IMG/VR virus record: IMGVR_UViG_3300015202_000003
Coordinates: 85,413 to 149,412 of that record
From: a virus
DNA length: 64,000 nucleotides
Reading direction: 5' to 3' (one strand)
The notes under the pieces are model-generated. The model was not told where the DNA came from. It saw only the letters and a list, made by a program, of their open reading frames with translations, and made no database searches. The position numbers and the translations under genes are program-made. This document shows, one piece after another, positions 45,919-57,300 of this stretch (positions are counted from its first letter, which is position 1; every line of letters begins with the position of its first letter).

Positions 45919-46746
45919 ATGGCATCAACTTTTAGTTTCAAGAAATTGCTTGAGGATTCTCAGGCCAACAACAAGAAATCAGACAACACGAAAGAAATGG
46001 GTTTTCCTGTTGTTCATGTTACGTCTAAGAGCAAGCTACTTGTTCCTGACTCTTCTCCCAATATGATTTCCACATCAACTGGGGAGAGTGTGGAAGTAGA
46101 AAGCCCAGAAACTTCTTATGAGAGTGCGGCTTACGAGGTTACTTATTATCCTTTTGCCAATTCAATTGAAATCGAAGATAAAGAAATGGGATTAGAGACT
46201 TTCTTTTCTGGGGAAGAGTGTGAAGGGTTTTTACAATTACTATCAAAAACCTCTAAATCGAAGCGCGATGCGCTTTGTTCATGGGCTGTATCGAATCCCA
46301 TTGTAAATTCTGTTTCAACGGATTCTACTGATTCTGTTACGGAATCCAAGGAGGAATGGGATGATACAAATGGTTATACAAGGAGAAACTTTGGAGACAT
46401 TAAAAAATATGTTTTAGAGGGGAAAGCAGGTTTAAACTATGTTAAATTGGGTAAATTAGTAGATGAGCAGTTAGAACATTCTAAAGTTGTTGCTACTGAA
46501 ACAGTTCTAACAATATCTTACACTGTAAAGCCAAACCCTAATAGTGAAGACCCGATAGAGAAAAAGGGTATTAAGGATATATTTCGAGTAGATGGTTTGA
46601 AATATTCTGTGGTAGGAGAAGATTTCATTCCTCTTTGGAAAAAGTCTACAAAGCTTTCTGTAACAGGAACATTTAAGGATTACGCGGATGCAGAAGAGGC
46701 CATTAAATTATTTGTGGAGCGATTAGTTTATTTAGCTGAGTATTAA
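45919..46746 (+). CDS. Putative internal head protein
   Basis: N-terminus MASTFSFKKLLE resembles T4-type capsid-targeting leaders ending L-x-E. Confidence 0.55.
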   Translation: MASTFSFKKLLEDSQANNKKSDNTKEMGFPVVHVTSKSKLLVPDSSPNMISTSTGESVEVESPETSYESAAYEVTYYPFANSIEIEDKEMGLETFFSGEECEGFLQLLSKTSKSKRDALCSWAVSNPIVNSVSTDSTDSVTESKEEWDDTNGYTRRNFGDIKKYVLEGKAGLNYVKLGKLVDEQLEHSKVVATETVLTISYTVKPNPNSEDPIEKKGIKDIFRVDGLKYSVVGEDFIPLWKKSTKLSVTGTFKDYADAEEAIKLFVERLVYLAEY

Positions 46747-46818
46747 AAGATGAAAATTTTAGTTTTATGTTTAGAATACCTTTAAGATTAGAATTGTAAT
46801 TACAGAAATAAAATCGGA

Positions 46819-46859
46819 AAAACCCTTTTAGAATATAAATCTAAAAGGGTTTATTTTTT
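46819..46859 (+). terminator. Intrinsic terminator
   Basis: aaacccttttaga / tctaaaagggttt plus T-rich tract. Confidence 0.7.
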
Positions 46860-46930
46860 GCTTTTATTTTAAATTTATATTAAACTCATAAACATTATAG
46901 ATAAGTTATAAAAACAGTTAATTTTTTAAT

Positions 46931-49420
46931 ATGAAAATTTTTGGCATTAGTTTATTTGAGAAGAACAACAATCTTTCTAATAATTTTACGAATCAGCATC
47001 AACAACAAATAGAAGTCAAATCGGACATTCCTGATTTTGACGATATAAATGATTCTAACTCTTTGTGGACTTTAGTTTCTGGGGCTAAAATTATTTCTGA
47101 GGTTCGTTCTGCTAAATTGAGGCAGTTTAAAACGATGGGTTATCATACGACTATCAATTCTGCATTAGAAATGATGTCTGAGGATGCGACACAATTAAAT
47201 CAGGAAAACAGAAAAATATTTTGGGTAACATCGGAAACACCTGAAATAGAAGAGCATTTAAATGATTTTTTAACTGACCAAGTAAGAATCCAAGAGCGTT
47301 TATTTCTATGGGCTTATCGAATTGCCAGAGACGGAGAATGTTATTTAAAAACTTATTTTACGGAAAGGGAAAACGCTAACAAATTAAAAGAAGATCATTT
47401 TACTAAAATAGAAAAGATAAATTCTCTTAACGAATCAAATTTCCAAGAGAGAAAATTAAAACAGGAATTAATTAAAAAATCTGTTTTAACGATAGAAGAA
47501 AAAAGAAGTCTGGAAGTATTAGATGATGATGAATATTATGAAGAAGTTCAAGATTCCAGTAAAGTTTCAAACTTAACTTTATATGGAAAAACTTCTGCTT
47601 TTTTGTTTATAGAAAACGATGGGAATAGTGTTATTTTCAAACCTCAAGATTACATACATTTTGTTTCTGATAGAAACATGAACCGAGAAGATGTTGAAAT
47701 TGAATTTACGAATAATGACAAGACAAAAGAAAAAAGAAAATTTTTAATTAAATATGGAACTTCTTTTTTGGAGGGTGTAGTTCAGGATTACAATGTAATT
47801 GAATTGTTAGAAAACGTTTTAGTAGTTTCTCGTTTAAGCCGTTCTCAGTTGTTTAGATTATTTTTAATTAATGTAGGGGCTTCTTCTAACATAGAGGCTC
47901 TTAAAATGGTAAGGGATTTTAAAAATTCTATTAAAAACAGAGAGTCGGTAGATGTTAAATCGGGAAAATATGTAAACACTTCTTCTCCTCTTCCAATTTC
48001 AGATAATATCTTTATTCCTACCCGCCAAGGTAAGGGAGATGTAAGTGTTCAGGATATTGGGGGAAATGTAGATGTTAAATCTATCGTAGATTTTGATTTT
48101 TTTTGGAGTAAATTTTGTGGTGCCCTGCGCGTGCCAAAGGCATACTTATGTCTAAGAGGAAACACAAAAGTATCTCTTTTAGATGGAACAACACCTACAT
48201 TGGCAGAAATGAGCGAAAACTCTTCTTATTACGTTGGAAGGTCAATTCTTACTTGTGATGCTACAGGAGAGATTAAACCAACAACTATTACTCATGTTCA
48301 CAAGACACGTTTAAACGCTTCTTTTGTTAGAGTTACTTTAGACAACAATGAATTTGTAGACTTTACGCCAGATCATTTATTTCAAATGAGAGACGGTAGT
48401 TTTAAAGAAGCAGGTAAATTGTTGCCCGACGATTCTTTAATGCCTTTTTATACGAGAGTATGTGAGAAAGGATATTCTTGTGTAAAAAGAAACAATAAAT
48501 CTGGAGGTTGGGTTCCTATACATCGTTTAATGGCAAAAAGCGGTTTTTTGGGAGAAATGCCGAAAGGCTACGTTGTTCATCACAAAGATAAAAATAAGTT
48601 AAACAATGACGCATCTAATTTGGAAGTAATGTCTCGTTACGACTATTATAAAAAACACAGTGAAGAACATATAAAAAATCGTTTAGCCTCTTTTCTAAAA
48701 AGTAGGGCTGAAAAGTTTTCAAAATCTTATTCCTCTGTTGAGGATGAAAATTTTAACAGCCATAAAGTTCTTAAAGTTGAATTTTTAAATGTTGTAGAAG
48801 ATGCTTATGATTTAGGAGTAGACGACGATTCTCATACTTTTCCTTTAGCTTGCGGTATTTTTGTTCACAACTCTTTTGATGATGCAATCGGAGGACAGTA
48901 TTCCAACACATCTTTGACAAGACTTGATATAAGATATGCCAGAACGGTTAAAAGAATAGTGGTTGCATTACAAGTTGGGATTGAAAAAATAATTGACAAT
49001 CATTTAGAGACAATTAAAAAAGAAGATTGGAAAGGAAAATATAAAGTGGTATCTACCCCGGTATCCGATGCAGAAGAATCCGATAGACTTCAAGACTTAC
49101 AAACTAAAATAGAATTTTGCTCTACTTTAGGAAGTGTTTTAACTTCTGTAGAGGGTGTTTATTCTCCTTTAGAACAAAAGGCTATTTTACGAAGTTTCAT
49201 TAAAGATAAAGTTGGAATAGATGTAGAAAAAGTTCTTGCTGCTTATTTAGAATTACACCCCGAAGAAGAAGAAGTTCCCGTTCCTGCCGAAGATGGACAA
49301 GAACAAGACCCTAACCAAGAAGCTGCCCCTGAAGATGGAGAACAACAAGAACCAAAAACTAATTCAACAACAAAAGAGCCTTCTCTGGAAGATTTATCTT
49401 CTCAGTTGGACGCCCTCTAA
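46931..49420 (+). CDS. Portal protein (T4 gp20-like) with one intein (mature ~588 aa)
   Basis: INSALEMMSEDA, IARDG, YGTSFLE, LENVLVVSRLSRS, IFIPTR.GKG, ALRVPKAYL, DIRYARTV.RI. Confidence 0.9.
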   Translation: MKIFGISLFEKNNNLSNNFTNQHQQQIEVKSDIPDFDDINDSNSLWTLVSGAKIISEVRSAKLRQFKTMGYHTTINSALEMMSEDATQLNQENRKIFWVTSETPEIEEHLNDFLTDQVRIQERLFLWAYRIARDGECYLKTYFTERENANKLKEDHFTKIEKINSLNESNFQERKLKQELIKKSVLTIEEKRSLEVLDDDEYYEEVQDSSKVSNLTLYGKTSAFLFIENDGNSVIFKPQDYIHFVSDRNMNREDVEIEFTNNDKTKEKRKFLIKYGTSFLEGVVQDYNVIELLENVLVVSRLSRSQLFRLFLINVGASSNIEALKMVRDFKNSIKNRESVDVKSGKYVNTSSPLPISDNIFIPTRQGKGDVSVQDIGGNVDVKSIVDFDFFWSKFCGALRVPKAYLCLRGNTKVSLLDGTTPTLAEMSENSSYYVGRSILTCDATGEIKPTTITHVHKTRLNASFVRVTLDNNEFVDFTPDHLFQMRDGSFKEAGKLLPDDSLMPFYTRVCEKGYSCVKRNNKSGGWVPIHRLMAKSGFLGEMPKGYVVHHKDKNKLNNDASNLEVMSRYDYYKKHSEEHIKNRLASFLKSRAEKFSKSYSSVEDENFNSHKVLKVEFLNVVEDAYDLGVDDDSHTFPLACGIFVHNSFDDAIGGQYSNTSLTRLDIRYARTVKRIVVALQVGIEKIIDNHLETIKKEDWKGKYKVVSTPVSDAEESDRLQDLQTKIEFCSTLGSVLTSVEGVYSPLEQKAILRSFIKDKVGIDVEKVLAAYLELHPEEEEVPVPAEDGQEQDPNQEAAPEDGEQQEPKTNSTTKEPSLEDLSSQLDAL
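48149..48871 (+). mobile_element. Intein in portal, HNH (241 aa)
   Basis: CLRGNT..., FTPDH, VHHKDKNKLNN..NL, ends FVHN|S. Confidence 0.9.
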
Positions 49421-49423
49421 AAA

Positions 49424-49954
49424 ATGAAAAATTCAATTATTTCCAAGATTTACGATGTTATTTTTGAATGTGAAAAGAATAACATAGAAGTTTTTTCTTT
49501 AAGAGAAAGTTTAAGTTTATTTTTTTCAGGTAAAATAACACAGGAAAATTTAGAGCGGAATTTAAATTTATTTTATTTGAGTTCTGTTGAAAAGGAAGAA
49601 GTTCCATTAGAGCAAGAAGAAACAAACAAAATTATTTTAGAGTTTCAAAATTCTTGTTCTTCCAAACCTTTTTGGAAGGAGTTAACAAAATTTTTATATT
49701 TAAGCTTAGAAGACGAAGAAAATTTAAATTTGTCTGAAATCTCTCTGGCAAAGGCTTTAAGTTCTTTTTTGACACATGTTTTAATTCAGGTGGAAAAGCA
49801 AGAAGATTCCTATGTTACTTTAGGAGGTGCGGACTTGAGCTTCCAACTTCATTCTTTTATTTGTGGAGAATTGTCTGTAGAAGATTTGCAGAATTGGTTA
49901 AAGGAAACTTACGATTTTCTTTCAATAAAGAACAGTGATTTTACAATAAATTAA
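49424..49954 (+). CDS. Hypothetical protein in head cluster
   Basis: ATG ORF coupled to portal. Confidence 0.6.
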   Translation: MKNSIISKIYDVIFECEKNNIEVFSLRESLSLFFSGKITQENLERNLNLFYLSSVEKEEVPLEQEETNKIILEFQNSCSSKPFWKELTKFLYLSLEDEENLNLSEISLAKALSSFLTHVLIQVEKQEDSYVTLGGADLSFQLHSFICGELSVEDLQNWLKETYDFLSIKNSDFTIN

Positions 49955-50530
49955 ATGTTATCTTTAAAAGTAAGACAGTTTGAAAAAGAGTTTAGAAAAA
50001 CTTTAGTTATAGATAGAAAGAATAACGGTTTTACGGATGTATATGTAGCCAAACACTATGCGATGTTGCCAACTATTTTTGAAGGGAGTGTCGGCAATAT
50101 TAAAAAAGAGAGTTTGCAGAGTGCTTTAAGTCTCAATTTGTTAGACGTTGTTTATTGGGGAGATTTTGCAGGACAAGTTACAACATTACAAAAGTTAAAT
50201 TCTTCGGATACGTTGCCCTACCCTTTTAAAGACGAGGTAATTCCACGAATAGAATCTTCTGACCCAATGGGAAAGGAGTTAATGTCTTTTGCTCATCTTT
50301 TATATTTAAATTTTTATTTGCAAGTTTTACACTCTGTAACGGAGAAAAGTAAACCTTTAAAATCTAATTTTTTCCTTTCAACTGCGTATGATGATTTGGT
50401 AAACTTAAAAAAAATAAAAGAAAACAATTATAGTTTAGATGAATCTCAAATTAAATATTTAAGATTGAACTATGTTTATATAATTAAATATTTAATCGAA
50501 AGTTTTGAGAACCTTTCTTCTTCTGATTAA
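49955..50530 (+). CDS. Hypothetical protein, family P copy 1
   Basis: FRKTL..DVYVAK..LYLNF; weakly similar to 51672. Confidence 0.6.
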   Translation: MLSLKVRQFEKEFRKTLVIDRKNNGFTDVYVAKHYAMLPTIFEGSVGNIKKESLQSALSLNLLDVVYWGDFAGQVTTLQKLNSSDTLPYPFKDEVIPRIESSDPMGKELMSFAHLLYLNFYLQVLHSVTEKSKPLKSNFFLSTAYDDLVNLKKIKENNYSLDESQIKYLRLNYVYIIKYLIESFENLSSSD

Positions 50531-50555
50531 GATTTATAACATTGAAAAAATTAAT

Positions 50556-51671
50556 ATGACTTTTATTGATAATTTAAATGAATTGGAAAAATATCCTTGG
50601 TTTTCCAATTGGCTATTTTCTTCGGACGACATATCAAGTCATTTTAATGGCCTTACAACTGAAAGTTTTCCGGGTTTTTGGATTGCGGGAAGCTATAAAA
50701 ACGAAGTTCAAGTGGAACTTGCAGACTTAGAGGGGGCAACAAAATACCCTTTTTTGGGCTTTGACATTTGTTTACTGTCCGGAGAAAACATTGTTTTTAG
50801 TTTGGGAGGTCGCGTTTTATGGTGGTTTAATTTTTACGGTGGAAACATTAAAGTTGAAGATTTATTAAAAGCATTTCAACTGTCTTCTTTGGGAGGCATG
50901 TGTTTAGAAGATGCTTTCAGTCAAGTTTTTTCGGACACTGAATCATCTTTTTCTTACGATACTTCTAAAAGCGTTATTTCTAATTATAATAATTATAAGG
51001 TAACAACTAAGTCAAATAGAGCGGATGTTCTACAAGCATTAGCAGAGTTAGGTCTTTTTTTAGGGAGGAGGGTTAACGAACTGGCTACTTTGTCTCAGTT
51101 TGATTTTTCCTATACTCCTGAAGTTTGGATAGGAAAATATAGAGTTTCGGAATCTATTAGGAAAAAAATTCAACAGTTTCCTTTTTTTCTTCCCGCTTTA
51201 TCTTATAAGAGAGACGTTTTTTCTAAATATGCAATTATTTTTCCTTCAGAATTTTTAAAATCTAAATCTTTAGCTATTGTTTTATCTAACAATTCAACAT
51301 ATTCTGAATTAACATTAGATCAATATAAAGTTTTAAATGCGTTAGAGTTAACGAGACAGAGTTCTAAGTCTGCTTTTTTATATGATTGGTTAAGATTAAA
51401 AGACGGAGGGGAAAATTTTGGGGGTGAGAATGTGCCTGATCCTTATGAGGTTTTAACCCAAGTAGGTTTAGATAAAATTTTAGGGGATGATTGTATTAAG
51501 TCCCAATCTTCAAAAACAATGCAAGAGTTAGAGCCAGAAATCACGGACGCTTTAATTTACCCTCCTGAAACAGATAAATATACAGAAGAACAAAAGAAAG
51601 TCTTTGACCCTGTTTTTATCAATAGATACAATTCTTTGATGGGTTTTTGGAGAAGGTTTTTAAAAATTTAA
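50556..51671 (+). CDS. Hypothetical protein, family Q copy 1
   Basis: SYDTSKSVISNYNNY and C-terminal RRF shared with 52323 and 53354. Confidence 0.6.
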   Translation: MTFIDNLNELEKYPWFSNWLFSSDDISSHFNGLTTESFPGFWIAGSYKNEVQVELADLEGATKYPFLGFDICLLSGENIVFSLGGRVLWWFNFYGGNIKVEDLLKAFQLSSLGGMCLEDAFSQVFSDTESSFSYDTSKSVISNYNNYKVTTKSNRADVLQALAELGLFLGRRVNELATLSQFDFSYTPEVWIGKYRVSESIRKKIQQFPFFLPALSYKRDVFSKYAIIFPSEFLKSKSLAIVLSNNSTYSELTLDQYKVLNALELTRQSSKSAFLYDWLRLKDGGENFGGENVPDPYEVLTQVGLDKILGDDCIKSQSSKTMQELEPEITDALIYPPETDKYTEEQKKVFDPVFINRYNSLMGFWRRFLKI

Positions 51672-52319
51672 ATGAATTACGAAGCACAAGTTTATCGTTT
51701 AGGGGTTTACCGTCAATTTTTAGCAAAAGAAATAGTAAATGCTAAAGAGTGGGATGTGGTAGTAGCTCGTCAAATGTCCTTGGTTCTTCCTTACAGTAAA
51801 GAAGAATTAAAAAAAGCTCATATTTATCAACATGACACTTCAGAAGATATTGACGTTGAATTAATTTTTCCGTCTTATTTAAGATTTTTTCTTAAAGACC
51901 TTGAAATAAAAAAACAATGGGTTAATTTAACGACTTACGATAAGAGTTTATTTTCTCCTGACGCCGTCAAAGCGATTAGTTCTTTAACGGCGATTTATTT
52001 TCTCAGTTTGAATTTTTTATTTTTGTATTTGCGTTCGGATAAAGACATGAGCTATTCTGAAAACTTTGAAAAAATAAAAGGTAAATCTCCGGTATCGGAA
52101 AAGTTGTTTTTATATTTTTTCAAAGCGATGGAAACTTTTCACGTTGGGGGAGAGTTATACGAATCTTTAAAAGAGGTTGTTCCTAAAGGAAAAAATTTGG
52201 GTGTTGAGTTAACTTCTAACGATTGCGATTTTTTTAATTTTACTGCGGCACGTTTAGCTTATTCTTTTTTAATTTATTCTCGGAAAGGGGGAACAACAGT
52301 TTCAACAAAAACGCCTTAA
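51672..52319 (+). CDS. Hypothetical protein, family P copy 2
   Basis: YRQFL..DVVVAR..LSLNF. Confidence 0.6.
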   Translation: MNYEAQVYRLGVYRQFLAKEIVNAKEWDVVVARQMSLVLPYSKEELKKAHIYQHDTSEDIDVELIFPSYLRFFLKDLEIKKQWVNLTTYDKSLFSPDAVKAISSLTAIYFLSLNFLFLYLRSDKDMSYSENFEKIKGKSPVSEKLFLYFFKAMETFHVGGELYESLKEVVPKGKNLGVELTSNDCDFFNFTAARLAYSFLIYSRKGGTTVSTKTP

Positions 52320-52322
52320 AAA

Positions 52323-53327
52323 ATGTCTTTTAAACTTACAAGGAAACAGATTGAAGTTTCTTACAGAAATTTAATTGACTTCGAGAATATTTTAGCGGAA
52401 GCTCCTAATCTTCACAGATCAACGGCCCTTCCGCTGAAAGGCCCTTGTCTTCTAAAATCAAAGGCGTTTATAGTTTCTATTTTTAAAATAGACGCTGCAT
52501 CTAAAAAATGTTATTTAAATTATTTAGAGGTAGAATCAACTGGTTTACAAATTCCATTTTGTTTAGGTAGCGTTAGCTTATTTTGGTTAGATGCTGAAAC
52601 AGGTTACATCTATTCTTCTGTTTCTGCTTTGCCGATTTACGTTCCTCTTTACAATTTAAAAGGTTTGATAGAAAGTTTAGATTTCAATTGGGAGGTTTAT
52701 CTTAAATTGGGAATGAATGGTTTTAACCCGACATCGGGTTTTGATTGGAGATGTAGCCGAACGACTGAACTCGAAAATGTAGGGGGGTTATACTCCAATT
52801 CAATTTCTTACGATAAAAATAAATCTACAATTTTTAATTATATAAATTTTCAAAAAACAGAGGTTTCTCCTGATAAAACTCTTAAAGCAGAAGCTTGGGG
52901 AATGTGTCAGAAATTTTTTAATGTTTTGGCCTCGACTGATTTCTACAATTCTTTAAATATAGAAAATGTTTTGGGAAATTTAATTTCTGTTTCAAAGGAT
53001 TTTCTTGAAGCTAAAGAATCGTTTGATTATTTATTATTAGAAAATTCTTTTCAGTCTCCGATTATGAAAGATTTTTTATTGGAAAATTCTTTTCAGTCTT
53101 TTAATATGAGAGATGTTATTAAGAAAGCAGAAGATGCCAATATACTAAATACTTTGAATATGGGGATTGGAAGTTTTTATGAAAACTACATTAAAAAATA
53201 TTTTGATGATGAAAGTATTTCTAAACAAATTGAAAAAGTAGAAGATAAAAATTTATTTCCCTACGAGATAGTATTAACTCAGTTTTCAAAATTAGTAAGG
53301 AGATTTAAAATCAAAGGAATAATTTAA
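52323..53327 (+). CDS. Hypothetical protein, family Q copy 2
   Basis: Close paralog of 53354; internal LLENSFQS duplication. Confidence 0.7.
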   Translation: MSFKLTRKQIEVSYRNLIDFENILAEAPNLHRSTALPLKGPCLLKSKAFIVSIFKIDAASKKCYLNYLEVESTGLQIPFCLGSVSLFWLDAETGYIYSSVSALPIYVPLYNLKGLIESLDFNWEVYLKLGMNGFNPTSGFDWRCSRTTELENVGGLYSNSISYDKNKSTIFNYINFQKTEVSPDKTLKAEAWGMCQKFFNVLASTDFYNSLNIENVLGNLISVSKDFLEAKESFDYLLLENSFQSPIMKDFLLENSFQSFNMRDVIKKAEDANILNTLNMGIGSFYENYIKKYFDDESISKQIEKVEDKNLFPYEIVLTQFSKLVRRFKIKGII

Positions 53328-53353
53328 GATTTAATTTTAGCTCCTAAAACACA

Positions 53354-54283
53354 ATGTCTTTTAAAAACACAGAAAAGCAAGTAGCAATTTCTTTTAAAGA
53401 TGCTAAGATGGTAGACAGCTATCTTTCAATTTATCCGAAAATAAAGAAGTTAATTGTTCCTAAAGTTAGCCCCTACGGTGATACTTTAAATTATTTAGAA
53501 ACAGAGTCTACGGGGCTACAAGTTCCTATTTATTTAGTGGGATCATCAATTTCTCAGAATCATTTATTTTGGTTAGATGCTGAAACAGGGTTTCTTTTTT
53601 CTTCCGTTTCTGCTTTGCCTGTTTATGTTCCTCTTTTTGATTTAAAAAGTTTTGTAGAAATTTTTGGTTTCAATTGGGAGGTTTATCTTAGATTGGGAAT
53701 GGAGAATTTTGATACAGACGCAGGTTTTGATTACAACGGAAGAAATTTTGACGTGAAAGAGTTGTTTTCAAGTTATTCTTTTTACGATAAAACTAAATCT
53801 ACAGTTTTTAATTATATAAATTATAGAAGTTCTTTAGTCTCTCCTGATCAAGAAAAGAGTTTAAAATTATGGCGGCAGTTTCTGCCAGTGTTTATAACTA
53901 TATCTACGAATGTTTTTTATAATGCTTTAAACTCAAATAATATTTTAGGTTCTTTAATAGATGCTGATGCCTACGCTAAAAACAGACTGGACTATCTATT
54001 ATTAGAAAACTCGTTTCAATCTCCCATATTAAAAGACTTGTTGGGAGTATTAGCAATGGACACTTCTCCCGAACAAATAATAGAAAAAGCAACCAAAGCT
54101 AAGATTTTCGATACGCTCAAAACAGAGCCTCTTATGTTTTCTTCTTCAAACATTAAAAAATATTTTGATGATGTGGATGTTTCTACAGAGTTTAAAGAAT
54201 CTGACAATTTATTTCCCTATGAGATAGTATTAACTCAGTTTTCAAAATTAGTAAGGAGATTTAAAATCAAAGGAATAATTTAA
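53354..54283 (+). CDS. Hypothetical protein, family Q copy 3
   Basis: LNYLE.ESTGLQ, LFWLDAETG, identical C-terminal NLFPYEIVLTQFSKLVRRFKIKGII. Confidence 0.7.
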   Translation: MSFKNTEKQVAISFKDAKMVDSYLSIYPKIKKLIVPKVSPYGDTLNYLETESTGLQVPIYLVGSSISQNHLFWLDAETGFLFSSVSALPVYVPLFDLKSFVEIFGFNWEVYLRLGMENFDTDAGFDYNGRNFDVKELFSSYSFYDKTKSTVFNYINYRSSLVSPDQEKSLKLWRQFLPVFITISTNVFYNALNSNNILGSLIDADAYAKNRLDYLLLENSFQSPILKDLLGVLAMDTSPEQIIEKATKAKIFDTLKTEPLMFSSSNIKKYFDDVDVSTEFKESDNLFPYEIVLTQFSKLVRRFKIKGII

Positions 54284-54316
54284 AAGATAAAGAAGATAGA
54301 AATTAACAATTAAAAA

Positions 54317-57300
54317 ATGATTTACAGTTCAGTATTACCTTTCATAGAACAGTCCAAACTTTGTGGTTCTGGATTTATTGAGAATTTCGATTTAACTCAA
54401 GTTTATTTTCCTTTAACACTAACACCAGACTTACAAAAAGTTTTGGATAGCGTTTCTTATAGCTCTTCTTCTCATAATCCTCTTGTTATTCATGTTCAAC
54501 CATTGGATATTTATATCATAGATGCTGTTGACCCTTTGTTTGCTTTATGGCAGTTGAGTAAAAAGACTTCTGATGTAACTTTGAGAAGAGTAGATTATTC
54601 CAATGTTGCCGAGCAGTTAGTTTATTTTAGGGACACGGTAGAAAACAAAGAGAAAGTTTATATTCCCAGTCATGGCAATACGGGGGATGTATTAGATATT
54701 CAAAACTGTTCTTTAATTTTAAAAGCTAAATTGGGACAAGTTGCGGAGGAAAAAGATTTAGTTTCTTTTTCTTTAAGTTCAGAATTTGAGGTTTACGAAA
54801 ATTTAAATTTAGAAGATAACCAAGTTCAAATTGAAGAGCATTTGGAAGAGTTAGATGCTTTGGCTTTTAATTTAAATAAGGAGAAGAGAAAGTTGTTTAA
54901 AAAATTAAATGAAGAGTTGAGTGACGACGAAAAGAGTTTAGATTTAAGTTATACGGGCCAAGTCAACGATAGTTCTGTTATTATGGCGTTTCTTACGTCT
55001 TATTTATTAGAGCCTAAAAATCCTCCTAAAGTCCCTATGATTCAGTCGAACTCGGGAATGGGAAAAAGTTCGATCATTAAATCTTTAGCTAATAAGTTAG
55101 GTTTTAGAATGGTGGATATTCGCGCGGCTTTCATGTTGCCGTTAGATTTTAAAGGTTTGGCAGAGGTGGTGGCGGAAGACAATCAAACAACAACAACTTA
55201 CGCTCCAAGTGCAAAACTTTTGGAGTGTTCGGACGCCGGAATTTATTTTGCCCGTAGCACAGTTGAGAAAATTAAAGTTTTAATTCAAGACATTGTTGAA
55301 ACTTTACCAAAAGAGTTTTCTTCTCAAAATTTAGAACAAGTTTTAAAATTGGATGTTTCCAAAGAGGATAAAACCATTCAAGATATTGTTTCTCGTTTAA
55401 AGAATTTAGCTTATTTTCAAGCTAAGTATGAAGAGAAGTCAAAAAGACCTCTTTTATTTTTAGATGAATATACAAGAGCAATTCCTATGATTCAGGGAGC
55501 GTTCTTTGAAATTTTTACGGACAGAAAATTTGCAGATCAAGAAATGACTTTAGCAAAGGTTTTGGCTGCGACTAACTTTCCTGTAGGGATTGACCCGGAG
55601 TTAGCTTCTAATATGTTCCCCGGTGTGGGTTTAGTAGAGAATCCTGCCGCTTTAAATAGATTCTTAATTTTAAATGTTACGGAGAATGATGTTATTCCTG
55701 ATTGGTTGGTTTGGGCGGGACAAACGAACAAAGAAACGGGAAAACAAAACATTCATCCTTCTGTTTATAAATTTCTCCAAGATAAAAAATATCAAATTTA
55801 CGACTTTAAAGTTGTAGAGAACGCTTTTAATGCTTCTATAGCTGATCAAGACCCTCGTCCTCAAACAAAAGTAGCAACTACTCCTTTCCCCAATTTTAGA
55901 ACTTGGGAGATGGTTTCTAATTATTTATATAGTGAAGAATCTAAGATGGGAGCTACAGCATTTTCTTCTACAGAAAATGTAGGTAATGAATTAGACATAA
56001 CCTCCACAGAAGATGCTCAGGTAGATAAAGATAGTTCAACATTTTCTCCTTCTTCTCCTCTAACATACATAGCAAAGTATACGGCGAAAGATCGTTACGA
56101 ATCCGGGCCTAGAACAGGTGTGATTCGTGCTAATTCTAAAGCAAGAGAGCAAGAAGAAGCTAAAAAGAGTGGTTTGACTTTTGAAGACAGGGGGTCGGAA
56201 GTTGAAATTAATAGTTCGGGAGAAAAAGGCGTTGTTAAATCTTACGACGTTTCTTCTGAAATCTTTGATATTACAACTTCTACAGGAGATCAAAAGGTTT
56301 ATAAAAAAGATGTTACTCTTATTCACTCAAAAGATTATTTATTGTCGTCATCATCAGGGTTAGTTTCTTATTCTGATTCCGTTAAAGATAAAACCTCTCA
56401 AAAATTAAATTCTAAATTACCTGTAATTTTACCGACAGCCCTTGAAAAATTAGTTGGCATAGGGGCTTCTAATGATTTCTTAAAATCAGGTTTTTACAAA
56501 TGTAATAAAAAACTAACAAAGCCAGAAACTTCTATGACGGATGTTACGGATGCGGCATTAAGCTCAAACACTCCTTTGTTATTAGCAGGAAGCAGCAGTC
56601 TTGGCAAGTCGGCAAGAGTTTATCAATGGGCAGAAAAAAACAATGCGGAAGTTATTACAATTTTATTATCTCAAACTGACCCTGCATTAGTAATGGGTAG
56701 ACCAGATACGGTAAAAGCGATTGATTACATGGCGGGAAGCGTTATTTCTTCTGATTCAAAAATAAGAAATCCTCAAACTGGTTTATATGATGATAAAGTT
56801 TCTGTTCAAGGAATGGATGGAAAGCCTGTTGAAATAAACCAAACTCGTTACGCTCAAAGCAATTTAGAAAAATCTGAACCTGAACTTTATCACGATTTAG
56901 CGGTAGATTTTCCTCCTGCTTTAGCTAAGTCTTTTACGACAAGAGTTCCGGATAGAAAATTAAAATCTCAAATGGAGGATATAATTTTCAACAAGAAAAA
57001 AACTTGTATTATATATTTTGATGAGGTAAATATATGCTCAACTCCTGCCGTAATGAGTGCGATTTTCGAGTGTTATTCGGACTCAAGAGTGTTTGGCATT
57101 GACTTTTCTTCTTTTAAAGACAGAGTAAGAATTGTTTGCGCTTGTAACTTAAAGGGTTCGGGAGTATTAGATTTGGACACGGCTTTTGGCGCACGGTTTA
57201 TGACGTTTGCCAAAGAAAAATATGATATTTCGGATGCCAAAGCCTATTTAAATTACGCTGAAACTAAATTAGAAAAGGGAGAGTTTTCTCCAATTTTATA

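Noticed and set aside
53250-54283. Diversity-generating retroelement (TR/VR pair) for the repeated 3' ends or the 42-bp repeat
   Set aside because: No reverse transcriptase in the window and too few differences to show adenine-specific mutagenesis.
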